A DNA stretch of 64,000 nucleotides from Chloroflexota bacterium. Lineage in GTDB: Bacteria; Chloroflexota; Dehalococcoidia; Lucifugimonadales; Australimonadaceae. The notes beneath the pieces were generated by a model. The model did not search any database. It was not told where the DNA came from and saw only the letters and a program-made list of their open reading frames with translations. The stretch spans positions 93,957 through 157,956 of the forward strand of contig VXQP01000078.1 of assembly GCA_009838965.1 (NCBI GenBank), written 5' to 3'. Shown here one piece after another: positions 26,707 to 37,664 of this stretch; the first letter of the stretch is position 1, and every line of letters begins with the position of its first letter. The position numbers were made by a program, and so were the translations under genes.

Positions 26707-29193
26707 GTGACCACAACGGCGGACGCCGCGCCGAAAGCGCCTCCAGGTGAGGAGACCATCGAGCCCCGCTACGCGGAAGTGGTGGTGGACGCGCGCACCG
26801 GCAAGGCCGGCGACACGTTCACCTACTCCATCCCCTCCTACATGCACGTAGAGCCCGGGCACCTCGTCCGTGTGCCGTTCGGGCCTCGCACACTCAACGG
26901 TGTCGTCACCGGCCTGCGCGAAACGCCGAACGTGGACTACACGCGTCCCATCGCTTCGCTGGTGGAGGAGCAGCCACTCCTGACGCCGAAGCGCATCGAA
27001 CTGGGGCGTTGGCTCGCTGACTACTACCGGGCGCCTGCATTCGACTCGTTCGCGCCCATGCTGCCACCGGGCATGCGCGGCAGCGCCCAGACCTACGTGC
27101 AAGCGGCCGCCGACCCGCCTCCCGGCATCGAGGAGCGGCTGCCGAAAGGGGCGCAGCGCCTCCTCGCACATCTCCGCGCGAACCCGGGAGCGCATCGGAC
27201 CGCATCGCTGACGGCGACTCTCGGGCCGTGGGTGCGGAACGCCATCCGCGCGCTGGTCGAGGCAGGTGCAGCCTCCGAGAAACTGGTCGAACCCCACCGC
27301 AAGCCGTCCTCTCCCCGAAAGACGTGGCTCGTCCCCGAAGCCTCCGCTTACGCGCTCCGCGAACTGGCCGACGAGCAGTCGCGCGCGCTGCGCCGTGCCG
27401 GGCTGTTGCGGGAACTCGCAGGCTCTCCGTCAGGGCTGACCGCAGCAGACGCCCGGAACCGTTACGGCAGGACGGCCGTTGCCAGGGCCATCGAGATGGG
27501 GCTGGCAACGCTTCAGGCAGCGCCTCCCACACCGGAGACGGCTCCCCATGCTCCGCTCCTGCCGACCCCCGACCAACAGCGAGCGCTCGCCGCGCTCAAG
27601 CGAACGATGGACGACCCCTCGGCGGCGCCGCGCACCTGGCTGCTGCACGGGGCGACCGGCAGCGGCAAGACGGAGGTGTACCTGCAGGCCATCGCTCACT
27701 GCCTGGCGAAGGGTCAGCAGGCTATCGCGCTCGTGCCTGAAGTCGCACTGACTCCACAGATGACCCAACGGTTCAAGGAGCGCTTCCCTGAGCAGGTCGG
27801 TGTGCTGCACAGCAGGCTCACGCCCGCACAGCACCGGGACGAGTGGTGGCGCATCTTTCGAGGAGAGCGCAGCGTGGTCATCGGGCCACGCAGTGCGCTG
27901 TTCGCGCCGGTGGAGGACCTCGGTCTCGTTGTGCTCGACGAGGAGCACGAGTGGACGTACAAGCAGTCCGACGCCCAGCCTCACTACCACGCCCGCGAAA
28001 CCGCAGAGCAACTCGCTTCACTCACGGGTGCCGTTGTCGTGCTCGGAAGCGCAACACCGGACGTAGTGACCGCATGGCGCGCAGACCGGGGTCTCATCGG
28101 CAAACTCTCTATGCCCGCTCGGATCGAACGCTCAGGCGCGCCCACGTCCCTCGCCGAGGTTGACGTGGTGGACATGCGGACGGAGTTGCGGGAGGGAAAC
28201 CGGAGCATTTTCAGCCGACTGCTGCAGGAGCGGTTGCAGGACACTCTCGCAGCAGGACGGCAGGCGGTACTCTTCCTGAACCGCCGAGGCGCCGCGAGCG
28301 TCGTCGCGTGCCGCAGTTGTGGGCTCGTCGTGCGCTGCCGTCGGTGCTCGACGCCGTTCACCTACCATCGTCCGTTCGACGGCGCAGGTACCGGGCAGTT
28401 GCGCTGCCACCATTGCGGCAGGGGACGGGCGGAACCGAGGCGCTGCCCCCAGTGCCGGAGCATCCACATCCGCTATCTCGGGTTGGGCACCCAACGGGTG
28501 GTCGACGAGGTGCGCCGCATCGCCCCGCACGCCCGCGTACTACGCTGGGACAGTGACACCGCGTCCACCACAGGCGCGCACGAGCGCCTGCTCCGTTCGT
28601 TCGCCGAGGGAGAAGCGGATGTTCTCGTCGGTACGCAGATAGTTGCGAAGGGGCTGGACGTTCCATCGGTCGATCTCGTGGGCGTGGTGCTGGCGGACAT
28701 CGGCATCCACATGCCGGACTTCCGGGCGCCGGAGCGCACCTTTCAGCTGCTCACGCAGGTGGCGGGGCGCGCGGGGAGAGGGCCGCAGGCGGGGTACGCG
28801 GTCGTACAGACCTACCTGCCGGACCACTACGCGATACAGGCCGCCGCCGGGCAGGACTACGCAGCGTTCTACTCCACCGAGATGGAACATCGCCGTGCGC
28901 ACGGTAGCCCTCCCTTCAGCAGACTCGTTCGACTGCTGTACGACGGCCACTCGGACAGGCGCACGGCGCAGAACGAGGCCCAGCAGCTCGCCGGCCGCCT
29001 GCGGCGAACGGTGCATGAGTGGGACATGCGCGGCGTGGACGTCGTCGGCCCTGGGCCCACCTACCCGCCGCGCATCCGGAACGCGTGGCGCTGGCAGCTG
29101 CTCATCCGCGCGCCGGAGCCTCGCCTGCTGCTGGACAAGCTCAGCATCCCTTCCGCATGGCGCGTGGACGTCGACCCCGTGAACATCGTGTGA
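26707..29193 (+). CDS. priA: Primosomal protein N' (replication restart helicase PriA)
   Basis: GATGSGKTEVY, DEEH, Cys-rich Zn region CRSCG..CRRCS...CHHCG...CPQC. GTG start. Confidence 0.93.
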   Translation: MTTTADAAPKAPPGEETIEPRYAEVVVDARTGKAGDTFTYSIPSYMHVEPGHLVRVPFGPRTLNGVVTGLRETPNVDYTRPIASLVEEQPLLTPKRIELGRWLADYYRAPAFDSFAPMLPPGMRGSAQTYVQAAADPPPGIEERLPKGAQRLLAHLRANPGAHRTASLTATLGPWVRNAIRALVEAGAASEKLVEPHRKPSSPRKTWLVPEASAYALRELADEQSRALRRAGLLRELAGSPSGLTAADARNRYGRTAVARAIEMGLATLQAAPPTPETAPHAPLLPTPDQQRALAALKRTMDDPSAAPRTWLLHGATGSGKTEVYLQAIAHCLAKGQQAIALVPEVALTPQMTQRFKERFPEQVGVLHSRLTPAQHRDEWWRIFRGERSVVIGPRSALFAPVEDLGLVVLDEEHEWTYKQSDAQPHYHARETAEQLASLTGAVVVLGSATPDVVTAWRADRGLIGKLSMPARIERSGAPTSLAEVDVVDMRTELREGNRSIFSRLLQERLQDTLAAGRQAVLFLNRRGAASVVACRSCGLVVRCRRCSTPFTYHRPFDGAGTGQLRCHHCGRGRAEPRRCPQCRSIHIRYLGLGTQRVVDEVRRIAPHARVLRWDSDTASTTGAHERLLRSFAEGEADVLVGTQIVAKGLDVPSVDLVGVVLADIGIHMPDFRAPERTFQLLTQVAGRAGRGPQAGYAVVQTYLPDHYAIQAAAGQDYAAFYSTEMEHRRAHGSPPFSRLVRLLYDGHSDRRTAQNEAQQLAGRLRRTVHEWDMRGVDVVGPGPTYPPRIRNAWRWQLLIRAPEPRLLLDKLSIPSAWRVDVDPVNIV

Positions 29194-29213
29194 AGCGCTC
29201 GTATAATCCTTGT

Positions 29214-29738
29214 ATGGCCGTCCTGCAGATGCACTACATCCCGGACCCTGTCCTGCGCGAGCGCGCCCGCAAGGTGCGCGACCTCACCGACCCTGCGCTG
29301 CGCAAGCTCGCGGACGACATGATCGAGTCGATGTACCACTACAACGGCGTCGGGCTCGCCGCGAACCAGATCGGGTCGCTCAAGCGCATCTGCGTCATCC
29401 AGTTGCCGGAGGACGAGGAGCCGACGGTGCTCCTGAACCTGGAGATTACGCGCAAAGAGGGCGAACGCGAGGTGACGGAGGGTTGCCTCAGCCTGCCCGG
29501 CTGGCAGGGCCGCATCCTCCGGGCGGAGAAAGTGTGGGCGCGCGGCGTGGGGCTGGACGGTAAGCCCATACGATACAAGGGCGCTACGGAGTTGCTCGCC
29601 CAGGCGCTCGAACACGAGTACGACCACCTGAACGGAGTGCTCTATACAGACTACCTGCGCTCGCAGGACGACCTGTACGAAGTAGAGCAGGGAGAAGAGG
29701 AGGAAGGGGAAGGAGCGGTAGCCAGGACAGCGGGCTAG
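29214..29738 (+). CDS. def: Peptide deformylase
   Basis: [13 protein letters not shown] and HEYDHL motifs. Confidence 0.93.
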   Translation: MAVLQMHYIPDPVLRERARKVRDLTDPALRKLADDMIESMYHYNGVGLAANQIGSLKRICVIQLPEDEEPTVLLNLEITRKEGEREVTEGCLSLPGWQGRILRAEKVWARGVGLDGKPIRYKGATELLAQALEHEYDHLNGVLYTDYLRSQDDLYEVEQGEEEEGEGAVARTAG

Positions 29739-30091
29739 CGCTTGCCGCCGCCCTGGGTGCGCTCCTTGATGCGCGCCGCTTTCCCGGACAGGCCTCGCAG
29801 GTAGTACAGCTTGGCGCGGCGCACCTTGCCCCGGCGCACCAGTTCCACGCTGTCCACGTTCGGGGAATGGAAGAAGAAGGAGCGTTCGACCCCGACGCCT
29901 GACGCGACGCGACGTACCGTGAAGGAGCTGGCCGGGCCGCCGCCGCGCTTCCGGATGACAACGCCCTGGAAGCTCTGCTGACGCCGGCGCTCGCCTTCGC
30001 GGATCCAGACGTTCACCTTCACGGTGTCGCCCGGCTGGAACTCCGCGATCTTCTCGTTGGGAGTCAGTGCCACTGCGTCGCGCGCTTCCAT
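29735..30091 (-). CDS. rplS: 50S ribosomal protein L19
   Basis: [23 protein letters not shown]........SFTVRR...GVGVER.F..HSP. Confidence 0.95.
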   Translation of the reverse strand: MEARDAVALTPNEKIAEFQPGDTVKVNVWIREGERRRQQSFQGVVIRKRGGGPASSFTVRRVASGVGVERSFFFHSPNVDSVELVRRGKVRRAKLYYLRGLSGKAARIKERTQGGGKR

Positions 30092-30178
30092 GGGAGTACC
30101 TCTTACCGTTGCATGGCGCCCGTCCGCAACGGGCAACCGCTAGAGTATACGAGAACACGAGAAGCGGGGCAACGGGCG

Positions 30179-31144
30179 TCAGGTGGCGGAGATGGCTTGC
30201 ACCCTGCTCAGCATCTCGTCCCACGGGTCGCCACGCGGCGGCAATTCGTCTATCGGCAGCACTTCGCTGCGGTTGTTCCGCCAGCAGACGAGGCCTCCGG
30301 ATACGCCGTCCAGGAGAGCGTCGGCCGCTTTAACGCCCATGCGCGTTCCGAGGATGCGGTCGAACCGGGACGGCACGCCTCCTCGCTGTATGTAGCCGAG
30401 CACCGTGTAGCGGGCGTCGTAAGGCTTGTCTGATTCATTGATGAGCTGAGCGAGCTCCGCCGCTCCCCAGCGTGCCCCTTCCGCCAGAATGATGATGAAG
30501 TGGCGCTTGCCTCGCAGCCAGACCTGCCGCATCTCCTCGAACACCTCTTCCAGCTCCATCGGGCGTTCAGGGGTGAGCACCATCTCCGCGCCCGTGGCAA
30601 GGCCGGCCATGACGGCGATGTATCCGCATTGCCTGCCCATCACTTCGACGATCATGGCTCGCCGGTGCGCGGCGGCGGTGTCCTGGATCCGGTCGATAGC
30701 TTCCATCGCCGTGTTGATCGCCGTGTCCGCCCCGATGGTGATCTCCGTGCCGGGCATGTCGTTGTCTATGGTCGCGGGGATGCAGACGACGGGCATGCCG
30801 AGCTTGTGTAGCTCCCATGCACCCTGCATGGAGCCTTCGCCGCCGATGACGACCAGCCCTTCGAAACCTTCCGCGCGCAGGTCTTCCACGGCCTTGTTGC
30901 GAACGTTCGGGTCCAGGAAAGGCTCGCAGCGTCCCGCTCCGATGATGCTGCCGCCGTGCCGCAGGGACCCGGCGACATGCCGGGTAGTAAGCTCTTCTAC
31001 CCGGTGGTCGAGGAGGCCGTTGAATCCGTCCCAGAAACCCCAGACCTCGGTGGAGCGGAACAAGGCGGTGCGTGTGACAGCGCGGATAGCCGCGTTCATG
31101 CCCGGAGCATCCCCGCCGCTGGCAAGCACGCCGATCTTCTTCAT
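30179..31144 (-). CDS. pfkA: ATP-dependent 6-phosphofructokinase
   Basis: MKKIGVLASGGDAPGMNAAIRAV, GGEGS, IPATIDND, MGR.CG. Confidence 0.92.
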   Translation of the reverse strand: MKKIGVLASGGDAPGMNAAIRAVTRTALFRSTEVWGFWDGFNGLLDHRVEELTTRHVAGSLRHGGSIIGAGRCEPFLDPNVRNKAVEDLRAEGFEGLVVIGGEGSMQGAWELHKLGMPVVCIPATIDNDMPGTEITIGADTAINTAMEAIDRIQDTAAAHRRAMIVEVMGRQCGYIAVMAGLATGAEMVLTPERPMELEEVFEEMRQVWLRGKRHFIIILAEGARWGAAELAQLINESDKPYDARYTVLGYIQRGGVPSRFDRILGTRMGVKAADALLDGVSGGLVCWRNNRSEVLPIDELPPRGDPWDEMLSRVQAISAT

Positions 31145-31203
31145 AATGCAGCGATTGTAGCACCGCCCTGTTTCGCAGATGGTTTCATGAACGTTAAACC
31201 CGT

Positions 31204-31233
31204 TTGACTGCCGTACGGGGGCACCCTTATACT
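31204..31233 (+). promoter_or_regulatory. Near-consensus sigma-70 promoter directly upstream of the 5S rRNA (TTGACT-18-TATACT)
   Basis: TTGACT 31204-31209, 18-nt spacer, TATACT 31228-31233. The predicted start at about 31240 coincides with the 5S 5' end. Confidence 0.6.
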
Positions 31234-31238
31234 CAGGA

Positions 31239-31358
31239 AGCTTGGTGGTTTGAGCGGGGCGGACCCACCCGTACCCATCCCGAACACGGAAGTGAAACGC
31301 TCCAGCGCCGACGATACTGGCAGGGCAACTTGCTGGGAAAATAGGTCACCGCCAGGCT
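31239..31358 (+). rRNA. rrf: 5S ribosomal RNA
   Basis: AGCUUGGUGG...CCCACCCGUACCCAUCCCGAACACGGAAGUGAAACGC..AGCGCCGACGAUACUG...GGGAAAAUAGGUCACCGCCAGGCU. Closely parallels E. coli 5S. The terminal helix pairs 31239-31248 with 31349-31358. Confidence 0.93.
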
Positions 31359-31373
31359 ATTAGACCGATGAGC

Positions 31374-31400
31374 GCCCGGGCAGCTGCCCGGGCTTGCTTG
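31374..31400 (+). terminator. Hairpin GCCCGGGC-AGCT-GCCCGGGC followed by TTGCTTGT
   Basis: Perfect 8-bp GC stem 16 nt after the 5S 3' end, with a T-rich tail. Confidence 0.55.
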
Positions 31401-31542
31401 TCCCCTTCCCAACGACTCACGGGCGCGCTGTCGGGCGCCATGTGGCAGTCGCTTCCGCTGAGCGTCTAATGCACCTCCTTCTAGGGTATGCAACCTAGAC
31501 GTCAGGCCGTAGAATCGCCCTCTGGCGAAATGCCGATTCGGA

Positions 31543-32730
31543 GTGACCGTGTCTGAGCAGATGAGCACGGGTGACCCCGGCGAACCAACGATGGCGGAGC
31601 TCCTCCGGGAGGAGGCTCTGCCGCAGGAGTTGCGCCGGGGAGACATCGTACCCGGACAGATCATGGAGATAGACCAGGACGGGATCCTCGTCTCCATCGG
31701 CTACAAATCGGAAGGCATGGTTCCAGCCCGTGAGATGCGGACCCTGACGCCGCACCCGAGCGCCCACTACAGCATCGGCGACACCATCAACGTCTATGTC
31801 ATGGACGTCACCGGCCCTGAGGGGCAGGCGCAACTGTCCATTGACCGCGTGCGCGCGCTCAGCGCCTGGCTGACGCTCGAAGAGGCAGAACGCAACGATA
31901 CTTTCGTAACCGGGAAAGTCACTGGCCACAACCGCGGGGGGATGGTCGTAGACCTGAGCGGACTGCAAGGCTTCATCCCCCTCTCGCAGGTCGCGATCGC
32001 GACAGGTGCCGATCCGGAAGCCGCTCTTGCAGCGCGTGTGGGAGAAGAAGTATCGCTCAAGATCGTCGAAGTGAACCGGAAGCGCAACCGCGTGGTCCTC
32101 ACGGAGCGGGGAGCGCTTCGCGAGCAGCGAGAAGGGCTGAAAGACCAGCTGCTGAGCACACTACAGGAAGGCGATGTTCGCCACGGGCGCGTATCCGGCC
32201 TCTCCAACTTCGGTGCGTTCGTGGATATCGGCGGCGCCGACGGACTCGTTCACATCTCTGAGCTATCGTGGTCCCCGGTGAGCAACGTCGCGGACGTGCT
32301 GGAGGTAGGGCAGGAAGTCGATGTACAGGTGCTGCGTATCGACCGCGACAACCGCCGTATCGCACTCAGTCTCCGCCGCCTCACGCCCACCCCCTGGCAA
32401 GCGGCCATGGAACGCATGCACGTGGGACAACTGGTGACCGGCACTATCACGAATTTCGCCGATTTCGGCGCATTCGCGCGCGTAGAGGACGGCATAGAAG
32501 GGCTCATACACATCTCGGAACTGACCGAAGCACACATCCGTCATCCGCGTGAAGTCGTTAATATCGGTGATACAATGACGCTCCAGATAGTAAGCCTCGA
32601 TCCGGAACGTCATCGGCTCGGACTTAGTCTGCGCCGCGTAGAGGAGACGAAGACGCCTACTGAACATCATGACCCGGTCGAATATCACTCATTCCTCGAC
32701 TTCGGCAGGGACAGTGGGCTCGCGCAATAG
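31543..32730 (+). CDS. rpsA: 30S ribosomal protein S1 (four S1 domains)
   Basis: Repeated S1 motifs (G.V..I...G..V.IG.K.EG..P, GFIP.SQ, GLVHISEL, GLIHISEL). Start uncertain: GTG 31543 or ATG 31561. Confidence 0.9.
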   Translation: MTVSEQMSTGDPGEPTMAELLREEALPQELRRGDIVPGQIMEIDQDGILVSIGYKSEGMVPAREMRTLTPHPSAHYSIGDTINVYVMDVTGPEGQAQLSIDRVRALSAWLTLEEAERNDTFVTGKVTGHNRGGMVVDLSGLQGFIPLSQVAIATGADPEAALAARVGEEVSLKIVEVNRKRNRVVLTERGALREQREGLKDQLLSTLQEGDVRHGRVSGLSNFGAFVDIGGADGLVHISELSWSPVSNVADVLEVGQEVDVQVLRIDRDNRRIALSLRRLTPTPWQAAMERMHVGQLVTGTITNFADFGAFARVEDGIEGLIHISELTEAHIRHPREVVNIGDTMTLQIVSLDPERHRLGLSLRRVEETKTPTEHHDPVEYHSFLDFGRDSGLAQ

Positions 32731-32764
32731 ACCGCGATGTGATTAGATAGAACCGGAGGCGGTC

Positions 32765-35269
32765 ATGGCCAGCAGATTCGAAAAATTCTCGGAACGTGCT
32801 CGCAGGGTGCTTTCGCTCGCCCAGGAAGAGGCGCAGCGGTTCAACCATAACTACATCGGCACCGAGCACATCCTGCTTGGCCTCGTCCGGGAGACGGACG
32901 GCGTCGCCGCCCGCGTCCTCAGCAGCCTGAACGTCGAACTCTCCAAGGTGCGCTCCGCGGTCGAGTTCATCATCGGCAGGGGCGAACGCCCCTCCCCCGG
33001 CGACATCGGCCTCACGCCGCGCGCCAAGAAAGTGATCGAGCTGGCCGTGGACGAGGCACGCCGCCTCACCCACCACTACATCGGCACGGAGCACCTGCTC
33101 ATCGGCATCATGCGCGAGGGCGAGGGCGTCGCTGCAGGCGTGCTCGAGAGCCTCGGCGTCTCGCTGGACAAGGTGCGCGCCGAGACGACGCGCATCCTCA
33201 ACCAGAGCGTCTCTCAGAGCCAGGGGCACAGCCGCTCCAGCAACCGTACGCCCACGCTGGACCAGCTCGGCATAGACCTCACCAAGTACGCGCAGGAAGG
33301 GAAGCTGGACCGGGTTGTCGGCCGCACCCAGGAGATCGAGCGCGTCGTGCAGATCCTCAGCCGCCGCAGGAAGAACAATCCCGTGCTCGTCGGCCCGCCC
33401 GGCGTCGGCAAGACCGCCATCGTGGAAGCCCTCGCCCAGAAGGTAACCACCGGCGACGTGCCCGAGCACCTGAGCAACCGCCGTGTGGTCACGCTGGACA
33501 TGGGTGCCCTCGTCGCCGGCACAAAGTACCGGGGCGAGTTCGAAGAGCGCCTGAAGAAGGTGGTGGAGGAGATCAAGTCCTCAGGAAACTGCATCCTCTT
33601 CATCGACGAGATGCACACGATGGTCGGAGCCGGCGCGGCCGAGGGGGCCGTGGACGCCGCGAACATCCTCAAACCGTCACTGGCGCGCGGCGAATTGCAG
33701 TGCATCGGCGCGACGACGCTCGACGACTACCGGAAATACGTGGAGCGCGACCCCGCGCTGGAGCGCAGGTTCCAGCCGGTGAACGTCGAAGAGCCTTCTG
33801 TTGAGGAAACCATAGAGATACTCGACGGCATCCGGCCCAAGTTCGAGGAGTTCCACAACGTCGAGATCGACCACGAGGCGCTTCGGGCCGCCGCCAGCCT
33901 CTCCTCGCGCTTCATCGCCGACCGCTACCTCCCCGACAAGGCCATCGACCTGATGGACGAGGCTGGCTCCCGCGTGCGCATCCGCACGAGCAACATGCCG
34001 CTCTCTGTCAAAGAGTCGCAGAAGATGCTGGAGACCGTCCGCCGCGACAAGGACGAGGCCATCTCGCAGCAGCAGTACGAGTACGCCGCCGAGCTCCGCG
34101 ACCGCGAGGTCAAGCTCGCCGACAGCCTCCAGCAGTTGCAGAGCGAGTGGCGCGAGACCTCCGGAGACGAGAAGGCCAGGGTCACCGAGGAGGAGATCGC
34201 GGAAGTCGTCAGTATGTGGACGGGCATCCCCGTGACCCACATGGCGGTCGAGGAGATCGAACGCCTCCTCCACATGGAGGAGAACATCCACAAACGCATC
34301 ATCGGCCAGGACGAGGCCATCGTCGCCATCGCCAAGGCCGTCCGGCGCGCACGCGCGGGCCTGAAGGACCCCAAGCGCCCTATCGGCAGCTTCCTTTTCC
34401 TCGGCCCCACCGGCGTCGGCAAGACCGAATTGGTGAAGGCGCTCGCGGAGTTCATGTTCGGCTCCGAAGAGGCGATGGTTCGCCTCGACATGTCGGAGTT
34501 CATGGAGCGCCACACCGTGGCGCGGCTCGTCGGTTCGCCTCCCGGGTACGTTGGCTACGAGGACGGGGGCCAGTTGACCGACGCCGTCCGCCGCCGCAGC
34601 TACACCTGCATCCTGCTGGACGAGATCGAGAAGGCGCACCCCGAGGTCTTCAACCTGCTGCTGCAGATCTTCGACGACGGCCACCTGGCCGACGCGAAGG
34701 GTCGCAAGGTGGACTTCCGCAATACCATCATCGTGATGACGTCCAACATCGGTTCGGACCTCATCAAGCGCGACACCTCCTTCGGGTTTGCAATGGTCAA
34801 CCAGGCCAAGATGGAGGAGAACGCCTACGAGAAGATGAAGACAAAGGTGGAGGACGAGGTCAAGCGCTTCTTCCGCCCCGAGTTCCTGAACCGCATCGAT
34901 GGTCAGATCGTCTTCCACGCGCTCACCAGGGAGCACATCGTCAGCATTGTCGACCTGATGCTGAACGAGGTGCGCAAGCCGATGCTGGAGAAGGGCCTGA
35001 GCCTCGAAGTGACCCAGGCTGCGAAGGAGTGGCTCGGCGAGAAAGGGTTCGACCCCACGTTCGGCGCGCGCCCGCTCCGCAGGCTCATCGAGCGCGAGAT
35101 GGAGGACACCCTCTCCGAGGGCGTCATCCGGGGCGACTACCGGCCAGGACAGACCGTCGTCGTTGACGTTGATAACGAGGATGAGGAGAACCCGAAACTC
35201 GCTATCAGCGTGCAGAGCGACGACACACCCGAACTCGCTGAGGCGGCAGCTGCTCCTGCAGCCGAGTAG
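32765..35269 (+). CDS. clpC: ATP-dependent Clp protease ATP-binding subunit ClpC
   Basis: Clp_N repeats, GPPGVGKT and GPTGVGKT Walker A motifs, UVR-like linker, ClpB_D2-small C-terminus. Confidence 0.95.
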   Translation: MASRFEKFSERARRVLSLAQEEAQRFNHNYIGTEHILLGLVRETDGVAARVLSSLNVELSKVRSAVEFIIGRGERPSPGDIGLTPRAKKVIELAVDEARRLTHHYIGTEHLLIGIMREGEGVAAGVLESLGVSLDKVRAETTRILNQSVSQSQGHSRSSNRTPTLDQLGIDLTKYAQEGKLDRVVGRTQEIERVVQILSRRRKNNPVLVGPPGVGKTAIVEALAQKVTTGDVPEHLSNRRVVTLDMGALVAGTKYRGEFEERLKKVVEEIKSSGNCILFIDEMHTMVGAGAAEGAVDAANILKPSLARGELQCIGATTLDDYRKYVERDPALERRFQPVNVEEPSVEETIEILDGIRPKFEEFHNVEIDHEALRAAASLSSRFIADRYLPDKAIDLMDEAGSRVRIRTSNMPLSVKESQKMLETVRRDKDEAISQQQYEYAAELRDREVKLADSLQQLQSEWRETSGDEKARVTEEEIAEVVSMWTGIPVTHMAVEEIERLLHMEENIHKRIIGQDEAIVAIAKAVRRARAGLKDPKRPIGSFLFLGPTGVGKTELVKALAEFMFGSEEAMVRLDMSEFMERHTVARLVGSPPGYVGYEDGGQLTDAVRRRSYTCILLDEIEKAHPEVFNLLLQIFDDGHLADAKGRKVDFRNTIIVMTSNIGSDLIKRDTSFGFAMVNQAKMEENAYEKMKTKVEDEVKRFFRPEFLNRIDGQIVFHALTREHIVSIVDLMLNEVRKPMLEKGLSLEVTQAAKEWLGEKGFDPTFGARPLRRLIEREMEDTLSEGVIRGDYRPGQTVVVDVDNEDEENPKLAISVQSDDTPELAEAAAAPAAE

Positions 35270-35293
35270 CACGACGCAGCAGAGAACGCTCAG

Positions 35294-35324
35294 GCAAGGG
35301 GCGGGTGTGACACCCGCCCCTTGC
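35294..35324 (+). terminator. Hairpin GCAAGGGGCGGGTG-TGA-CACCCGCCCCTTGC after clpC
   Basis: 14-bp stem 25 nt after the clpC stop. Same core as the hairpin at 16993-17030. No clear T tract. Confidence 0.5.
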
Positions 35325-35359
35325 GCATCTATCGCGGATTGTTGGACGATGCGCTCGCG

Positions 35360-36748
35360 ATGCGGAACGCTGGGACCAGGACCACCTTCCTCTGCCGGGA
35401 TTGCGGGCACTCGTCGCCCAAGTGGAACGGCCGCTGCCCTGCCTGCGGCGCGTGGGGCACGATTACCGAATTCACGGAGCCAAGGCGGCCTGCAGGGCAA
35501 CGAACAGCCGCGACCCTCGCTGCGCCGCGCGCTGCAATTGCGCCTGCACCGCTCATCGAGCAGCCCTGCTCGGACGGTGAGCGCATGTCAACAGGTCTCA
35601 CCGAGGTAGACCGCCTCCTCGGAGGCGGCATCGTTGCGGGCTCCGTCGTGCTGCTGGCAGGCGACCCCGGCATCGGTAAGTCCACGCTGTTACTGCAGGC
35701 TGCCGGTTCTATCGCAGAGACAGCAGGCCCGGTCCTCTACGTCTCCGGCGAAGAGTCAGGCGCCCAGGTGCGCCTGCGCTCGGAGCGCCTCGGCGTACGG
35801 AGCCCGGACGTACGCTTCTCCCCCGAGACCGACGCTCCTACCATCGGCTCGCTGCTCACGAGCGAGCACCCCGCGTTACTTGTCGTGGACTCGATACAGA
35901 CGCTCACCTCGCCTGATGCGCAGTCGGCCGCAGGCAGCGTCGCCCAGGTGCGCGAGTGCGCTCAACTGCTGATCGGCTGGGCCAAGCAGGGCAACATCCC
36001 CATCGTGATGACCGGCCACGTCACGAAAGACGGCAACATCGCGGGCCCACGCGTGCTGGAGCACATGGTGGACGTCGTGCTTGCGATGGAGGGTGAAACC
36101 GTCAGTTCACTCCGCCTGCTGCGCTGCTCCAAGAACCGCTTCGGAGCGGCCAACGGCGTCGCGCTGCTGGAGATGCGGAACGAGGGACTCATAGAGGTTC
36201 GCGACCCTTCAGCTCTCCTCGTCGGGGAACGCGATCCCTCTGCGCCCGGTTCCGCCGTGGCTGTGACGATGCAGGGGAACCGCCCGCTGCTGTGCGAGGT
36301 GCAGGCGCTCACCAACACATCGGTGTTCAGCCCACCCCGGCGCACCGCGACGGGCGTGGACTTCAACCGCATGGCGATGCTCGCAGCCGTCCTCTCACGC
36401 CGCACGGGCATCAGCATCGGCAACCAGGACGTCATGGTGAACATCCCCAGTGGACTGCAGGTGGCCGAACCCGCGCTCGACCTCGCTATCGCTACCGCCA
36501 TCGCGTCGAGCTTCCTCGACGCCCCGATACACCCGGCCACGGTCCTGGTAGGCGAGGTAGGACTGAACAGCGAGGTGCGGAGCACCGCTCACCTCGAGCG
36601 CCGCCTGGAGGAAGCCGCGCGCCACGGGTTCGAGCGCGCCCTCGTTCCGCAGTCGGCGCTGCGCTCGCTCGACGCGCCGTCCGGCATCGAAGTCGTGGGC
36701 GTTGCCGGCGTCCGCGAGGCCATCGCCCAGGCCATCCCTGCGCGTTGA
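35360..36748 (+). CDS. radA: DNA repair protein RadA/Sms
   Basis: Zn finger CRDCGHSSPKWNGRCPACGAWG, GDPGIGKSTL, KNRFG, Lon-like C-terminal domain. Confidence 0.93.
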   Translation: MRNAGTRTTFLCRDCGHSSPKWNGRCPACGAWGTITEFTEPRRPAGQRTAATLAAPRAAIAPAPLIEQPCSDGERMSTGLTEVDRLLGGGIVAGSVVLLAGDPGIGKSTLLLQAAGSIAETAGPVLYVSGEESGAQVRLRSERLGVRSPDVRFSPETDAPTIGSLLTSEHPALLVVDSIQTLTSPDAQSAAGSVAQVRECAQLLIGWAKQGNIPIVMTGHVTKDGNIAGPRVLEHMVDVVLAMEGETVSSLRLLRCSKNRFGAANGVALLEMRNEGLIEVRDPSALLVGERDPSAPGSAVAVTMQGNRPLLCEVQALTNTSVFSPPRRTATGVDFNRMAMLAAVLSRRTGISIGNQDVMVNIPSGLQVAEPALDLAIATAIASSFLDAPIHPATVLVGEVGLNSEVRSTAHLERRLEEAARHGFERALVPQSALRSLDAPSGIEVVGVAGVREAIAQAIPAR

Positions 36749-36791
36749 CGGGTCGCCCGTTCCCCACGTTCCGCTCTGCTAGCATAGGTAT

Positions 36792-37661
36792 ATGAGCACT
36801 GCGCCTCCGAAGCGCCTGCCCGAGTGGCTGAAGGTCCCCTGGCCAGGTGGCGAGAACTACCTCCACGTCCGCCGGATGCTCCGCGACGCGGAACTCCACA
36901 CCGTCTGCGAGGAGGCCCATTGCCCCAACATCGGCGACTGCTGGGAGCGCAAGTCTGCGACTTTCATGCTGCTCGGCGACGTCTGCACCCGGGCGTGCCG
37001 CTACTGCGCCGTGACCAGCGGCAAACCCGCGCCCCCCGACCCCGCGGAGCCCGCGCGGCTCGCACGCACGGTCGAGCGCCTCGGCCTCCGGTACTGCGTG
37101 CTCACCTCCGTCGACCGCGACGACCTCCCCGACGGCGGGGCGTGGACGTTCGCGGAGAGCATCCGGCTCATCACCCGGCGGGTCCCTGGCTGCGAGGTGG
37201 AGGTGCTGACCCCCGACTTCGGCGGTAACCTCGACGCGTTGCGCTCTGTCCTCGACGCGGGCCCCGCCGTGTTCAACCACAACATCGAGACCGTACGCCG
37301 CGTCTTCAAGAGCGTCCGCGCCAGGGGCAACTACGACCTCTCGCTCGCGTTCCTGGCCAAGGCTCGCGAGTTTGCTCCGGAGATACCCACCAAGAGCGGC
37401 ATGATGGTCGGGCTCGGCGAGACCACAGACGAGGTCCTCGCGACGATGCGCGACCTGCGGGAAGCAGGCGTGCAGCTGCTCACCATCGGCCAGTACCTGC
37501 GACCGTCTCTTGGACACATCCCGATGGACCGCTTCTACCACCCGCGCGAGTTCGCCGAACTCGAGCGCGCAGGCTATGAGATGGGCTTCTCGCACGTCGC
37601 CTCCGGCCCGCTCGTCCGCTCCTCCTACCACGCAGGCGAGCAGCGCGCCGCCGCCCGGTAA
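36792..37661 (+). CDS. lipA: Lipoyl synthase
   Basis: CEEAHCPNIGDC and CTRACRYC clusters, SGMMVGLGET. Confidence 0.95.
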   Translation: MSTAPPKRLPEWLKVPWPGGENYLHVRRMLRDAELHTVCEEAHCPNIGDCWERKSATFMLLGDVCTRACRYCAVTSGKPAPPDPAEPARLARTVERLGLRYCVLTSVDRDDLPDGGAWTFAESIRLITRRVPGCEVEVLTPDFGGNLDALRSVLDAGPAVFNHNIETVRRVFKSVRARGNYDLSLAFLAKAREFAPEIPTKSGMMVGLGETTDEVLATMRDLREAGVQLLTIGQYLRPSLGHIPMDRFYHPREFAELERAGYEMGFSHVASGPLVRSSYHAGEQRAAAR

Positions 37662-37664
37662 ACC

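Noticed and set aside
36745-36785. TTGACG (36745-36750) as the -35 partner for the TAGCAT -10 upstream of lipA.
   Set aside because: The spacing is 29 nt, far from the 16-19 nt needed. The TTGACG simply contains the radA stop codon.
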